Program-made: the position numbers and the translations under genes | Part shown: positions 1 to 9,259 of the stretch, piece after piece | How positions within the stretch are numbered: the stretch's first letter is position 1 | Layout: each line of letters begins with the position of its first letter | The notes under the pieces: generated by a model | The model's database searches: none | Seen by the model: the letters and a program-made list of their open reading frames with translations, nothing else | Told to the model about the DNA's origin: nothing | Assembly: GCA_038841535.1 (NCBI GenBank) | Contig: JAWBTQ010000010.1 | Location: forward strand, 1 to 44,033 | DNA: 44,033 nt | From: Sulfolobales archaeon | GTDB lineage: Archaea > Thermoproteota > Thermoprotei_A > Sulfolobales > NBVN01 | Reading direction: 5' to 3'

Positions 1-167
1 TTTAGTACCCACCACAACTAACTCTCCTCCATATAAGGACTACACTAAATAAGCTTTAATATGAATCGTATTTCCTGCGTCTTCTCTTATTACGTAGTTT
101 GGAGTTTAGTTTCCAGGAAGCGAAGCACACAGACACTCACGATTTCATAAACGAGTTTATCCGCAAT

Positions 168-397
168 ACCGTTTCCCGCCCTAGGTTTCTGTAGGTTTTC
201 CTGGGTGGGTTGCGCCTCCTGCTCCACGCTTCACCGTGGCTACCAACCGCTCTACGTGGAGGTCATGGGCACCGTTCGAGCCTAACGGCACAAGGCTCAC
301 ATTCAGTTCTCGAGAAATCTTACAAACTCAGTAAATCCCTTTCGCATTAAAATAGCTCTCCCACCCTATTTATGCTAAGGTCTTGAGAGAACTCAGT
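168..397 (-). mobile_element. Putative non-autonomous tnpB-derived mini-element (family B), IS200/IS605/IS607 group
   Basis: Minus strand begins ACTG (as family A) and contains a startless frame LNVSLVPLGSNGAHDLHVERLVATVKRGAGG* resembling crenarchaeal TnpB C-terminal tails; ends GGGAAACGGT, similar to GACAAACGGT at 43206-43215. Confidence 0.55.
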
Positions 398-506
398 TAC
401 TTAACTGTGATTAGTTGGATCTGAATATTGTTGAGTAAGTGAGGAGCGTTAGGGTGATGTAGGTTAAACGTAATATTCGAGTAGGTAGATAGTGGAGGTG
501 TTTGGA

Positions 507-971
507 ATGAGGTTGTGGTCTATTCACCCAAGGTACTTGGATAGGGTAGGGTTAGTAGCACTGTGGAGAGAAGGGATCCTAGCCCAGAAAGTCCTTGAAG
601 GACGTACGAGAGGTTATGTAAATCATCCACAATTAACTAGATTTAAAAATTCTCCCAACCCGTTACTTACAATAGGAACCTACCTCTACCATGTATATCT
701 AGAGGGTCTTCGTAGAGGATATAAGTTCGACCCTCACAAGATCAAAACATACGATAATTCACTTACTAGTACTATCCCTATAACAACCAATCAGGTTAAA
801 TACGAATTTAAACTACTTCTATACAAGCTTACGCAAAGAGAACCAAAACTAGCGCAAAATCTTAAAGATATAAAGGAAATCCAGGTAAACCCGATATTCT
901 ACGTTATTGAAGGACCTATTGCGGAGTGGGAAAAACCTAGAGATATCCTGCTTGAGGAGTTAAACGGATGA
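507..971 (+). CDS. Pyrimidine dimer DNA glycosylase / endonuclease V-like protein
   Basis: N-terminal MRLWSIHPxYLDxxGLVALWRE and GYxNHPQLxRF motifs; GGAGGTG RBS-like sequence before ATG 507. Confidence 0.85.
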   Translation: MRLWSIHPRYLDRVGLVALWREGILAQKVLEGRTRGYVNHPQLTRFKNSPNPLLTIGTYLYHVYLEGLRRGYKFDPHKIKTYDNSLTSTIPITTNQVKYEFKLLLYKLTQREPKLAQNLKDIKEIQVNPIFYVIEGPIAEWEKPRDILLEELNG

Positions 972-1097
972 CATATCTAAAAATAAAAATAATTGAACCC
1001 GTATGCTGCGACAATTTAAGCAACTTCGGGGAGTCCCTCAGTTCTTATCGAAAGTGTTGAGCGGTTTCTCATTTCTAGACGCGTCTAGCCTTGTACG

Positions 1098-1355
1098 ATT
1101 GTTTCGGGTTTCATATCTTTATATATTGGTTGATGTAGATGGGAACTCTTATAAGTGCCCTATATATGATGGTACTTGGAAGTAGTTCGATGAGAAGTCG
1201 AGACCCCCCAGGGGCTCTCTCCGAGACGCTCAAGATGTGGGGTTTAGGGGTGCCCCTGAGTGCCTCCGAGAATGTTGAGGTTTCGAGTGGGATATGGGGG
1301 AACGAGAATGGGACGATATCACCAACCAATACAAACCTATATAGGGGCTGAACCC
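1098..1355 (+). mobile_element. Family A dispersed element, copy 1 (MITE / putative omegaRNA cassette)
   Basis: Aligns end to end with the other copies; starts (A)TTGTTTCGGGTTTC, ends TACAAACCTATATAGGGGCTGAACCC. Confidence 0.85.
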
Positions 1356-1456
1356 TTTAACATATGGTTGGTAGCTAAACTACTATCTGGCGTTAAGTAG
1401 GAGTTCATGAATCCTACTAATTAACAGTTAGTAGAGTTTAGAGCAACAGTGATAGT

Positions 1457-1660
1457 ATGGGCAGTGGTATACCGCCTAAGGTCGCAGAGTACGTCGGGAA
1501 GCACCTGAGGTCTCCGGCTATGAGGGAGCAGATGATGTTCTTGCTCAACAGGATAGCCTCCGGAGAGTGCGTTACGTGGAGAGAGGTCGCTAATACCTCC
1601 GTCAAGCTACACTTCCAGAAGCTGAGGACCATGGGTCTGCTGGTCGGCGTGATAAGGGGT
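1457..1660 (+). pseudogene. 5' fragment of a small, possibly wHTH-like mobile-element gene abutting the integrase remnant
   Basis: Protein-like MREQMMFLLNRIASGECVTWREVANTSVKLHFQKLRTMGLL; beyond about 1660 the frame is antisense to the integrase. Confidence 0.4.
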
Positions 1661-2290
1661 CCAGGCAGGAGGTCGTGCCTAGTGAAGTACTTCGACACCA
1701 CCGCCGAGTCTCTAAACTCTCCCGCATGTTCGGACAGAGGATCCGGTAGCTCCTTGGGGAAGTAGACAAACTCGCGGGGCTTCCCACCGGTCAGCCCCAA
1801 GTAGTACCTGCAGAACTTTTCGAAGCACACAAGCCTGAGGACCTCTCTATCTAGCGTGGGGATGTAGACTATCTCCTTCGGCTTAAAGGTGGCTACTAGC
1901 TTCACTACGTGCTCCAGCCTGATGCCGGAGTAGTACATCAGAAGGTAGTAGAGGTAGTGTCTCTCCCTGAGGTACTTCAGGGTCTTCTCGAAGAGCTCTA
2001 AATCTATCTCGAACACTCTAACACCCGCCCTGTAGCCTCTAGAGGGGACTACCTCCATAAGCCAGCCGAACGTCTCGAGTGGGATCTTCCTCCTGAAGTA
2101 TATGTACTGAACGCAGTGTCTGAACACGTTCCTGAGCCACGTATTCTCGTGGTTTATACGTACTCCACGAGCTCTTCCGACAGCTCCCTTCCCTCTAAGT
2201 ACCTCTTGAAGATGCTCCTGTAATTAACGGTCTCGTTAGTAGAGACCTCCCACCACCTCTTATGCTCTCTGAGAAACCTCTCGAACTACA
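1660..2290 (-). pseudogene. Tyrosine integrase remnant (intC-like), frameshifted and C-terminally truncated
   Basis: YYLLMYYSGIRLEH box-I motif; upstream frameshifted segments FERFLREHKRWW..YRSIFKRYLEG/KELSEELVEYV; integrase-like sequence stops after SKYFTRHDLLP; lies directly 3' of a tRNA. Confidence 0.75.
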
Positions 2291-2401
2291 CCGACCGTTA
2301 TCAGACCTATGAAGAGTTACTGCTCTACATAAAAACGTTTCATGGCTACGAGGGATAGTCGTGAAACGATGGCCTAATAGATAACCAGATCCCTGGGAAT
2401 G

Positions 2402-2479
2402 TGGCGGGCCCGCCGGGATTTGAACCCGGGACCTCCGGCTCCGGAGGCCGGCGCCCTATCCTGGCTGGGCCACGGGCCC
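2402..2479 (-). tRNA. tRNA-Arg (anticodon CCG), CCA encoded, no intron
   Basis: Reverse complement GGGCCCGTGG...CCGGC-CTCCGGA-GCCGG...GGTTCAAATCC...GGGCCCGCCA forms a cloverleaf. Confidence 0.96.
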
Positions 2480-2630
2480 GTATAGTGCTTGTTTATTTCT
2501 TAATAGCTTTACTCTCCGCTCTCGTTTTTGTTTAATCCCTAGCTTTTATAAGGGAACTCTAGTACGGTTTACCGATAAGACCTAGATGCTGACCGCAATT
2601 TTAACAGAAGGGGCTCTCGTTTTATGCTTA

Positions 2631-2895
2631 GGGGTTCAGCTCTGATATAGGTTTGTATTGGTTGATTTTATTGCCTCATCTCTTACTCCCGCATCCTGCT
2701 CTGGTTCTCATCGGGCTTTGGGGCGTCCGGGGCGTCCTCGGCCACATCACATTGGTTTATCCTCGGGAGAGCCCGCACTTCATCTACGTAGCTCTCGACC
2801 CCTCATCTATGTACATCCACGCATATCACCATAAGGTACTTATAAACGTTTCGATCATATCGACAGACATAGGCAGATACGAAAACCGAAACAGT
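2631..2895 (-). mobile_element. Family A dispersed element, copy 2 (most diverged interior)
   Basis: Reverse complement starts ACTGTTTCGGTTTTC, contains GAAACGTTTATAAGT, ends TACAAACCTATATCAGAGCTGAACCCC. Confidence 0.85.
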
Positions 2896-2916
2896 TACAT
2901 AAGGCTTTGTCGGTTT

Positions 2917-5199
2917 CTACGCTATTTCTTCTGAGACCGCCCTACTGACACCACCAGCTTTATCGACCCGAATTACTCTATCGGATATGTTGATTATGGT
3001 ATCGTCGTGTGTAACGACTATGAGCTGCCTGAGGGACTTACTCAGCTCTTTTATGATGTCAAACACCGACTCCCTCCTCTCGGAGTCAAGATAGATGGTT
3101 GGCTCGTCGAGTATCAGAGTCGTAGGAGACCTACCCATGACTAGCTCGGCTAGAGCTAACCTGAGCGCTATGGAAACTCCGACTCTCTCACCTCCACTAG
3201 CGTTCTTTATCGGTACCTCACCCTCCGGGACTTTAACGAAGATCTGGAAGTCGTCGTTTATGGCGATATTAGGTAGTTCGAGCTTGCTCAGTATTCGGTT
3301 AGCCTTTTTCTCCAGCCCCACTCTCACGGCTTTCGTCAAGTTCTTGGCTACTTCTCCATCCTTACCTAAGTACTTTTCACCGAAAGCCTCTAGCAGCTCG
3401 AGTACCTTAGCCATCCGCTCGAGGCCCCTAATATCTCTCTCGTACTTCTCTACGTCCTCCCTCAGTTTCTCGACGAATTCTCTCGTCTTTTCAATAGACC
3501 CCCTAAGGCCCTCTATCTCACTAATAAGATTGCTCGACTTCTCCTGCGCTACCCTCAACTTGCTCTCCAAGTTCCGTCTCAACCTCTCGAGTTCTTCATC
3601 TCTCAGTGTACTAACATGCTCAAGCGAAATAACGGAAGGAGGTCTTAACTCCAGCTTAACAAGTAATGAAACAAGCTTATCGAACAGCTTCTCAGGGTCG
3701 ATGAAGGCGTCAGTAGATTCCCCCCTTGACTGCCTCCTCAGTATGTCGAGCTCGTTCTCAGCCCTAATGACTTCCTCTCGAAGCTTCTTGAGGGATTCGA
3801 CGCACTCGCCGACTTCCTGGAATTCTATACTTACCGAGGTACACAATTCTTCTGCTTTCTTCTTTAGTTGCCCCAGCTCTCCCTCCCTCTCCCTGAGATC
3901 CTTCTCAACGTTCTCCTTCTTGGGAAGAAGCTCTCGAAGACTCCTTAAAGCGTCGTCGACTAGCCGCCTCCTCTCTTCGAGCTCTTTAAGCTCTCTTCTC
4001 ACTCTCTCGAGATTCTTCTCGATATCCGAAATCTCCCCCGCTAGGTGTGCTTTCACTCTCTCAGGGCTTGCGATCCTCGAGCCGCAAACGGGGCATCTAT
4101 CACCGAGTTCGAACTTGCTGAGGAAGTCCTTTAGAAGCTCTAAGTGCTTTCTGTACCCTCCTTCTTGTTCTTTAAGGGTGCTTATACTACTCTCAACTTC
4201 GCAGCGTAGCTCCTCGAGCTTATCCACGGGTACTTCGAAGGTTCTCCAGGTCTTCTCTAGAAGGTCCCTCAACTCGTCGTCGACTCCTTGAAGTCTGCTC
4301 CTCAGGTTCACCACTTCATTAGCCACCCAAGTATATAGGTCAGAGTTCCATTCTTTCACAACCCCAAGACGCCTTACCACTCCTTCGAGCTCCCCAAGCT
4401 TCCTAAAGATCAAAGCCTTCCTTAACTCAATTACCGTGTCTATAGCTCTCTCAACGAGATCTAGCTTTTCATTTAGCACCTGCACCTCTCTGTCTAAGCC
4501 CTCTTTTTCTCTTAAGAGCTTATCGAGCTTGTCTTCCGAGTAGCTAAGTTCTCTCTTAAGCTTCTCAAGGTTCTTTCTAGCCTCATCGAGTATTCCCCTC
4601 TTGCTCTCGAGTTCTCTCTTCAGAACGCTTTTCTCGTTTTTAATAACAGCCTTGATACTGTCGAGAGCCTTCTCAAGGTAGCTGAGGCCGAGGAGGGAGA
4701 GCACCCACCGCTTCCTCTCGGAGTCTTCGATGTCTATTATCTTTGTTAGCTCGTCTTGGAGCGAGAATATTGTAGCACGAACAAGCTTCCTCAACTCACC
4801 GGAGGTGTAAGCCGGCAAGCCGATCAGCTTCCCGATCTCCCTAACTACGCTGAGAGCCCCAGACGCCCTTAACTTTCTGCTATTCTCTTCAAGCTCATAG
4901 AGGTGCGCTTCGCTAGAGCCCCTAGCATCGAGATCCCTCACGACTAAGTATCTCCTCCCCCCTATTTCAAGGAGTACTGAGACCTTTCCACTCCTCCTCC
5001 CCCTAGTAACTATGAACTCAGTCTTTCCTCCTCTGATGTCCGGTCCCCTGTCAACTAGTAAGGCTAGGTAAATAGCGTCGACTATTGTTGACTTGCCAGC
5101 GCCATTAGGTCCCACTATCGATACCACGCCGTCGGAGAAAACCACCTCAGTTTTTTCGTGTGAGAGAATGTTCTCGAGCCTAGCTTCCCTGATTATCAC
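2917..5199 (-). CDS. rad50: DNA double-strand break repair ATPase Rad50
   Basis: Walker A GPNGAGKST, central CPVCG zinc hook in coiled coil, signature SGGE, Walker B LILDEPT, VVTHD. Confidence 0.95.
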   Translation of the reverse strand: MIIREARLENILSHEKTEVVFSDGVVSIVGPNGAGKSTIVDAIYLALLVDRGPDIRGGKTEFIVTRGRRSGKVSVLLEIGGRRYLVVRDLDARGSSEAHLYELEENSRKLRASGALSVVREIGKLIGLPAYTSGELRKLVRATIFSLQDELTKIIDIEDSERKRWVLSLLGLSYLEKALDSIKAVIKNEKSVLKRELESKRGILDEARKNLEKLKRELSYSEDKLDKLLREKEGLDREVQVLNEKLDLVERAIDTVIELRKALIFRKLGELEGVVRRLGVVKEWNSDLYTWVANEVVNLRSRLQGVDDELRDLLEKTWRTFEVPVDKLEELRCEVESSISTLKEQEGGYRKHLELLKDFLSKFELGDRCPVCGSRIASPERVKAHLAGEISDIEKNLERVRRELKELEERRRLVDDALRSLRELLPKKENVEKDLREREGELGQLKKKAEELCTSVSIEFQEVGECVESLKKLREEVIRAENELDILRRQSRGESTDAFIDPEKLFDKLVSLLVKLELRPPSVISLEHVSTLRDEELERLRRNLESKLRVAQEKSSNLISEIEGLRGSIEKTREFVEKLREDVEKYERDIRGLERMAKVLELLEAFGEKYLGKDGEVAKNLTKAVRVGLEKKANRILSKLELPNIAINDDFQIFVKVPEGEVPIKNASGGERVGVSIALRLALAELVMGRSPTTLILDEPTIYLDSERRESVFDIIKELSKSLRQLIVVTHDDTIINISDRVIRVDKAGGVSRAVSEEIA

Positions 5200-6377
5200 T
5201 TCTTCCTCACCAACTTCTCGATCTTCTCTACGAGCTTCTCTCTCCCCAATACGTCTTTAATGAGCTTCTCTACAGCTTCATCGTCTTCACTACTTCTAAT
5301 GACTCCCAGTAACAGCTCTGCAATCTCAGGGTCTTTAGCTACTTCGTAAACCACTGACTCTAGAGTTAGTGGAGCCTCACCGAGATCTTCCGAACTCCGC
5401 TCCTCAGATTCGGCGACCTCAGGACCTACCGGCTTGTAGCCTAGAACTAATCCGCGACGCACTAACTCATCCAGGCGGCTCCTAACTCTCTCCCACTGGT
5501 CTACATGCCTCGAGAACTCCACATAGAGTATCGGAGGTTTTCCGCTCTCACCCAGTGCAAGCTTGCTGAGCCTCCCCTCCAGGTCGCTGAAGCCCCTGAC
5601 TCCCTCCATTACTACGATCCTCCTAAACCTGCTGAGCTTAATCCAGTTAACAACTACATCGCTCTTGCTTAAGTCAACTAAAGCCACGTACCTCTCGCTA
5701 CTTGCTTCAGACACTGCTAGAGCCTCAGTAGAACCGGGGTATACGACCGGTGTATTACCGTGTCTCAACGAATACCTCGTGTGGTAGTCTCCCAGAGCCA
5801 CATAGTTGTATCCTGCAGCGTCGAGATCTACTAGGGAAGCGTGAGATGTGGGAAGACCGAGCTCCTTGAGCAACAGGTGTGCCATAAGAACTCTCCTCAC
5901 AGCTTCCGCCTTCCTGAGCCTCCCAACCCATTCACTAAATACCTCGGGTGGTGAGTATGGTACAGCAGTAACACCGAGCTCGCCTGTGCGCAAACTCACC
6001 ACGTGAGTTCTGGGCTCGCTGAGGGCTAGAACCCTAGCTACTCCGACTTCTTCTAATACCTTCAGCGGTGACACCTCAGCTCGCTTGGGTTGGTCGTGCT
6101 GACCTGCTACCACTAAGAACGGTATTCCAGCAACAGAGAGCCTCTTGAGGGACTTAACAGCGTAGTAGTACGTCCTCGGGCTTGGTTTAAAATCGTCAAA
6201 TAGGTCTCCGCAGTGGATCACTGCGTCAACCCTCTCTTGGACTGCTAAGTCTATTACCTCATCAAAAACATCGTAGAAGTCGAGCTCGCGTGCTCTAGAG
6301 TAGGTTAGTGGCTTCGACGAGCCTAAGTGCGTGTCAGATACGTGCAGGAGGAGCACTTCAGTCACCCTCCCATTCAC
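5196..6377 (-). CDS. mre11: DNA double-strand break repair nuclease Mre11
   Basis: SDTHLG, GDLFD, GQHD, YPGSTE phosphoesterase motifs; overlaps rad50 start. Confidence 0.93.
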   Translation of the reverse strand: MNGRVTEVLLLHVSDTHLGSSKPLTYSRARELDFYDVFDEVIDLAVQERVDAVIHCGDLFDDFKPSPRTYYYAVKSLKRLSVAGIPFLVVAGQHDQPKRAEVSPLKVLEEVGVARVLALSEPRTHVVSLRTGELGVTAVPYSPPEVFSEWVGRLRKAEAVRRVLMAHLLLKELGLPTSHASLVDLDAAGYNYVALGDYHTRYSLRHGNTPVVYPGSTEALAVSEASSERYVALVDLSKSDVVVNWIKLSRFRRIVVMEGVRGFSDLEGRLSKLALGESGKPPILYVEFSRHVDQWERVRSRLDELVRRGLVLGYKPVGPEVAESEERSSEDLGEAPLTLESVVYEVAKDPEIAELLLGVIRSSEDDEAVEKLIKDVLGREKLVEKIEKLVRKK

Positions 6378-7956
6378 TAGCTAGAGATTTAAAGTCTTCT
6401 CGCTTAACTCTAGCAGCATCTGCCCCACACCTCCACTTATCGACGATGTTTGGTGTAGCTCCAGCTCTCTTCCCTCTGTGTAGGTCTAATTTGACGTACG
6501 CCGGGTACCAGTCTGTCCATTCCCCTAAGAGCACTCCATGACCCGGTGGGAGAGATGGGAGAATATCCGTATACTCCTCGCTTAAGATGTCTGTAAGCTC
6601 CATAAGCACGCTCCTATCGGCCTTCTGGACTAAGCGCAAGAACGCATAGTTCTGAACCTGAGAGACCACTCCGGTGTCCAGAGCTCTCGGCCTCTGACTC
6701 ACTATTGCGAGCATCCCGCCGAACTTCCTTCCCTCCCTTATGAACCTCTGGAGGGCCTCCTTAGACCACGTACTAGCTTCTCTACCCAAAAACAGGTGAG
6801 CTTCCTCAACGACGAGTAAAGTTGGCGGTATGATCCCCTCTTTAAGGGACCAGAGGATGTTTTCTGCTATTACTTTAAGCATATAGTCCTTCTCGCTGTC
6901 TACTAGCGCTGATACATCTACTACGACGATTTTGCCGTAGCTCACTAACTCGCTCACATTAGGGCTTTCGAGACTGACTCGGTGCCACTCAAAGAAGTCA
7001 TCTATCTTATCGTTGATGTAGCTAACCGTTCTATCCTCCTTGGACTCTCCCTCGACATGCTCCTTCAGGAGCTCTCTGTACAGCATCAGGGGGTCTGGGA
7101 GTTTATTGGGCATCTCTCCATGCTCCAGTCCAACCCTAGAGACGTACAGTCTCCTAACTACCTCTACAGGCGGAATCACTTTACTCCGGGATTGCTCAAA
7201 TATGTCGGCATTCAACTTTCTCAGGGCATTTCTTAATATCCTTCTCTGCTTGGTTGCAGCCGGCTCGGGAATTATGAAGTTAACGAGGAGTCCTATCGGT
7301 ACCTTAAGTAGGTTTATTAGCGCTTCATGAACGCTTACGACGACGTCTTTAGATTCACTCACAAGCCCCCCGTACTCACCATGGACGTCGAATATTACTA
7401 CGGAACCACCTATCTGAGCTATCCTATCGGCTAGTATTGCTACTAAGTTGCTCTTACCCGAACCCGTAGTCCCAGCTATTAGTAAGTGCTTAGCGAGTGA
7501 GTTAACTCTAGCCCTGATTTCCAGAGACTCGAATCCGACTAAGGAACCAACTCTGATGCCTCTAGTTGGTTCGCAACTATAGATCATTCTGAGGTGCTCT
7601 AGGCGGGCGAGGTAAACCGGGGTTTCAGGTGGTGGAGGATACGTCGGGAACTCGGGTCTGCCCTTAGTTATGTCTGCGATTAGTAGGACCTTCATGTAGC
7701 TTTCCCTCTTTAAGTCACTCATGTAACTCTCGAAAGGCCCTAAGCCTGGGCTAACGATTATCGGTATTACAGACCTATACACTGTTGAGCCAACTATCCC
7801 AATTACTTCCCTCTCCTCCTCTGCGTCTCTCACCTGGTCCTTGGCTTTGAACCTCATGTAGACATAAGTCCCGGAAGATACTGGGTAGTTAGACTTTATG
7901 TCTACCTCGGTTGGTGTTGAGTATTCGCCAACTATACCTATAGGCTTCAAGCTCAC
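6358..7956 (-). CDS. herA: HerA helicase/translocase
   Basis: HAS-barrel-like N-terminus, GTTGSGKS, VVEEAH, REGRKFG, SQRP. Confidence 0.93.
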   Translation of the reverse strand: MSLKPIGIVGEYSTPTEVDIKSNYPVSSGTYVYMRFKAKDQVRDAEEEREVIGIVGSTVYRSVIPIIVSPGLGPFESYMSDLKRESYMKVLLIADITKGRPEFPTYPPPPETPVYLARLEHLRMIYSCEPTRGIRVGSLVGFESLEIRARVNSLAKHLLIAGTTGSGKSNLVAILADRIAQIGGSVVIFDVHGEYGGLVSESKDVVVSVHEALINLLKVPIGLLVNFIIPEPAATKQRRILRNALRKLNADIFEQSRSKVIPPVEVVRRLYVSRVGLEHGEMPNKLPDPLMLYRELLKEHVEGESKEDRTVSYINDKIDDFFEWHRVSLESPNVSELVSYGKIVVVDVSALVDSEKDYMLKVIAENILWSLKEGIIPPTLLVVEEAHLFLGREASTWSKEALQRFIREGRKFGGMLAIVSQRPRALDTGVVSQVQNYAFLRLVQKADRSVLMELTDILSEEYTDILPSLPPGHGVLLGEWTDWYPAYVKLDLHRGKRAGATPNIVDKWRCGADAARVKREDFKSLASEWEGD

Positions 7957-9023
7957 ACTACTTCACCCAAAAGCTCTCTTCCGGTAGGTATAGACGAAAA
8001 GCCTAGTTTGAGGAGTAGGTACCTAAGCTCCCGACCGCTTATTTTACTCAAGTTGTGTGCTAACTTCAGGGGATCCGGGTAGCCTGTGTGGGAATATGGG
8101 TAGAGTTCCGATAAGACTTCTACAAGCTCCTCGGGGCTCCACTTACCTGGCATAGTAACCTGAAAAGCTTGAGCAGGCGGGCTAAAGACTACGTACGTGA
8201 CTGTAATAGGCATCAGGGGCTCCAGGAAAGACCGGTCTTCTTGGTCTAAAGAGTTTAGGGGTCTCGGCATCTCCTTGAAGCTATATATGTAGACGGGCTC
8301 CAATAGTAAGGCCTTCTTCGGGAGCCGCCCTATTCTCTTCATCAGTTCGATGAGCACTAAGTCGTTCACTCTATCCCCAAGCTTCTCGAGTAGCTCGGGA
8401 CTAGACACTCTATCCGTATAGTAGCTCCTCCTAATGCTCTTAGCTATAAAGAGAGGAGTGGCACCGGTTGCTACTATAGACTTAACACCTCTAACGACCT
8501 CACGCCAAATGTCTCTAAACCTAGAGGGTCTATCCTTAAAGGACTTGAGACTCCGCGGGATCTCCGGAAACTTGCTGTACCACAAAAAGGAGAAAAGAGA
8601 TCCGTCAAATAGAGACACATCAGCTCCCTCAGATACTCTCACTAAAGCCGAGACCTCGAGTCTTTTCGAAATAAACTGTACGGACCTCATCACGACCTCG
8701 TCAGCAGTAACATCGCTTACGCGTAGCGACGGAATAAAGTATCCGGCGTCTGCGTCGACCAGGCACTCCGTAGACGAGGTCTTACCCGGTGAAACCCTGA
8801 TTGCTGCGGACTGCGCTGCATAAACTAAGAACATAGCATAAGACTTCAACGCCCAGCTAGAGTCTCCGGCTGCTACTATAGGGGGAGACTTGGGAGTAGT
8901 TCTTAGCTCGAAAAACTCGACCCCTTTAAAAGTATCGAGGAGGTCCTTCACTTCTCCGATTCTTGTAAATAAGCTTCCAACGACACTGCTTAAAGCGCTT
9001 ACTAAGCTATCGTGTATAGGCAT
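7953..9023 (-). CDS. nurA: NurA 5'-3' nuclease
   Basis: AGDSS, LFDGSL, GYPDPLKLAH motifs; operon with herA-mre11-rad50. Confidence 0.88.
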   Translation of the reverse strand: MPIHDSLVSALSSVVGSLFTRIGEVKDLLDTFKGVEFFELRTTPKSPPIVAAGDSSWALKSYAMFLVYAAQSAAIRVSPGKTSSTECLVDADAGYFIPSLRVSDVTADEVVMRSVQFISKRLEVSALVRVSEGADVSLFDGSLFSFLWYSKFPEIPRSLKSFKDRPSRFRDIWREVVRGVKSIVATGATPLFIAKSIRRSYYTDRVSSPELLEKLGDRVNDLVLIELMKRIGRLPKKALLLEPVYIYSFKEMPRPLNSLDQEDRSFLEPLMPITVTYVVFSPPAQAFQVTMPGKWSPEELVEVLSELYPYSHTGYPDPLKLAHNLSKISGRELRYLLLKLGFSSIPTGRELLGEVV

Positions 9024-9259
9024 GGAGCTTCACCAAATAACTTCTAAAACTCAATAGTCTAGCACCCAGCGTATTCTTAACAATTAGCAACAATATAAGT
9101 ACAAACGAGCAACATCTTCTAGTGCCGTCACTATCTACACTGCTTTAGACTTGGTTAGGTGGAAATTCCGTGTACTCCATGGTGGGGATTATTTGACCGT
9201 AGATTGCGGCGTGTGAGGACTGTGGTTAAGCCGTATAATCTCTGAAGTCTCCTGTTAGA

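Noticed and set aside
985-1003. AATTGAACCCGTA as a sixth family A right end
   Set aside because: Only about 7 matching bases and no upstream ACCTATA motif or core.
1139-1351. Short ORFs inside elements (1003-1185, 1111-1329, 1139-1351, 2653-2934) as real genes
   Set aside because: They lie within the repeat, and the reading frames are not conserved between copies.
1098-1355. Family A repeats as a CRISPR array (GTTTC start, GAAAC end on the reverse strand)
   Set aside because: Units are ~260 bp, dispersed, in both orientations, with no regular repeat-spacer period and no cas genes in the window.
3095-4291. 398-aa Ser/Leu-rich plus-strand ORF and the many similar antisense ORFs
   Set aside because: Shadow frames of rad50 and other genes; the composition mirrors the sense-strand codons.
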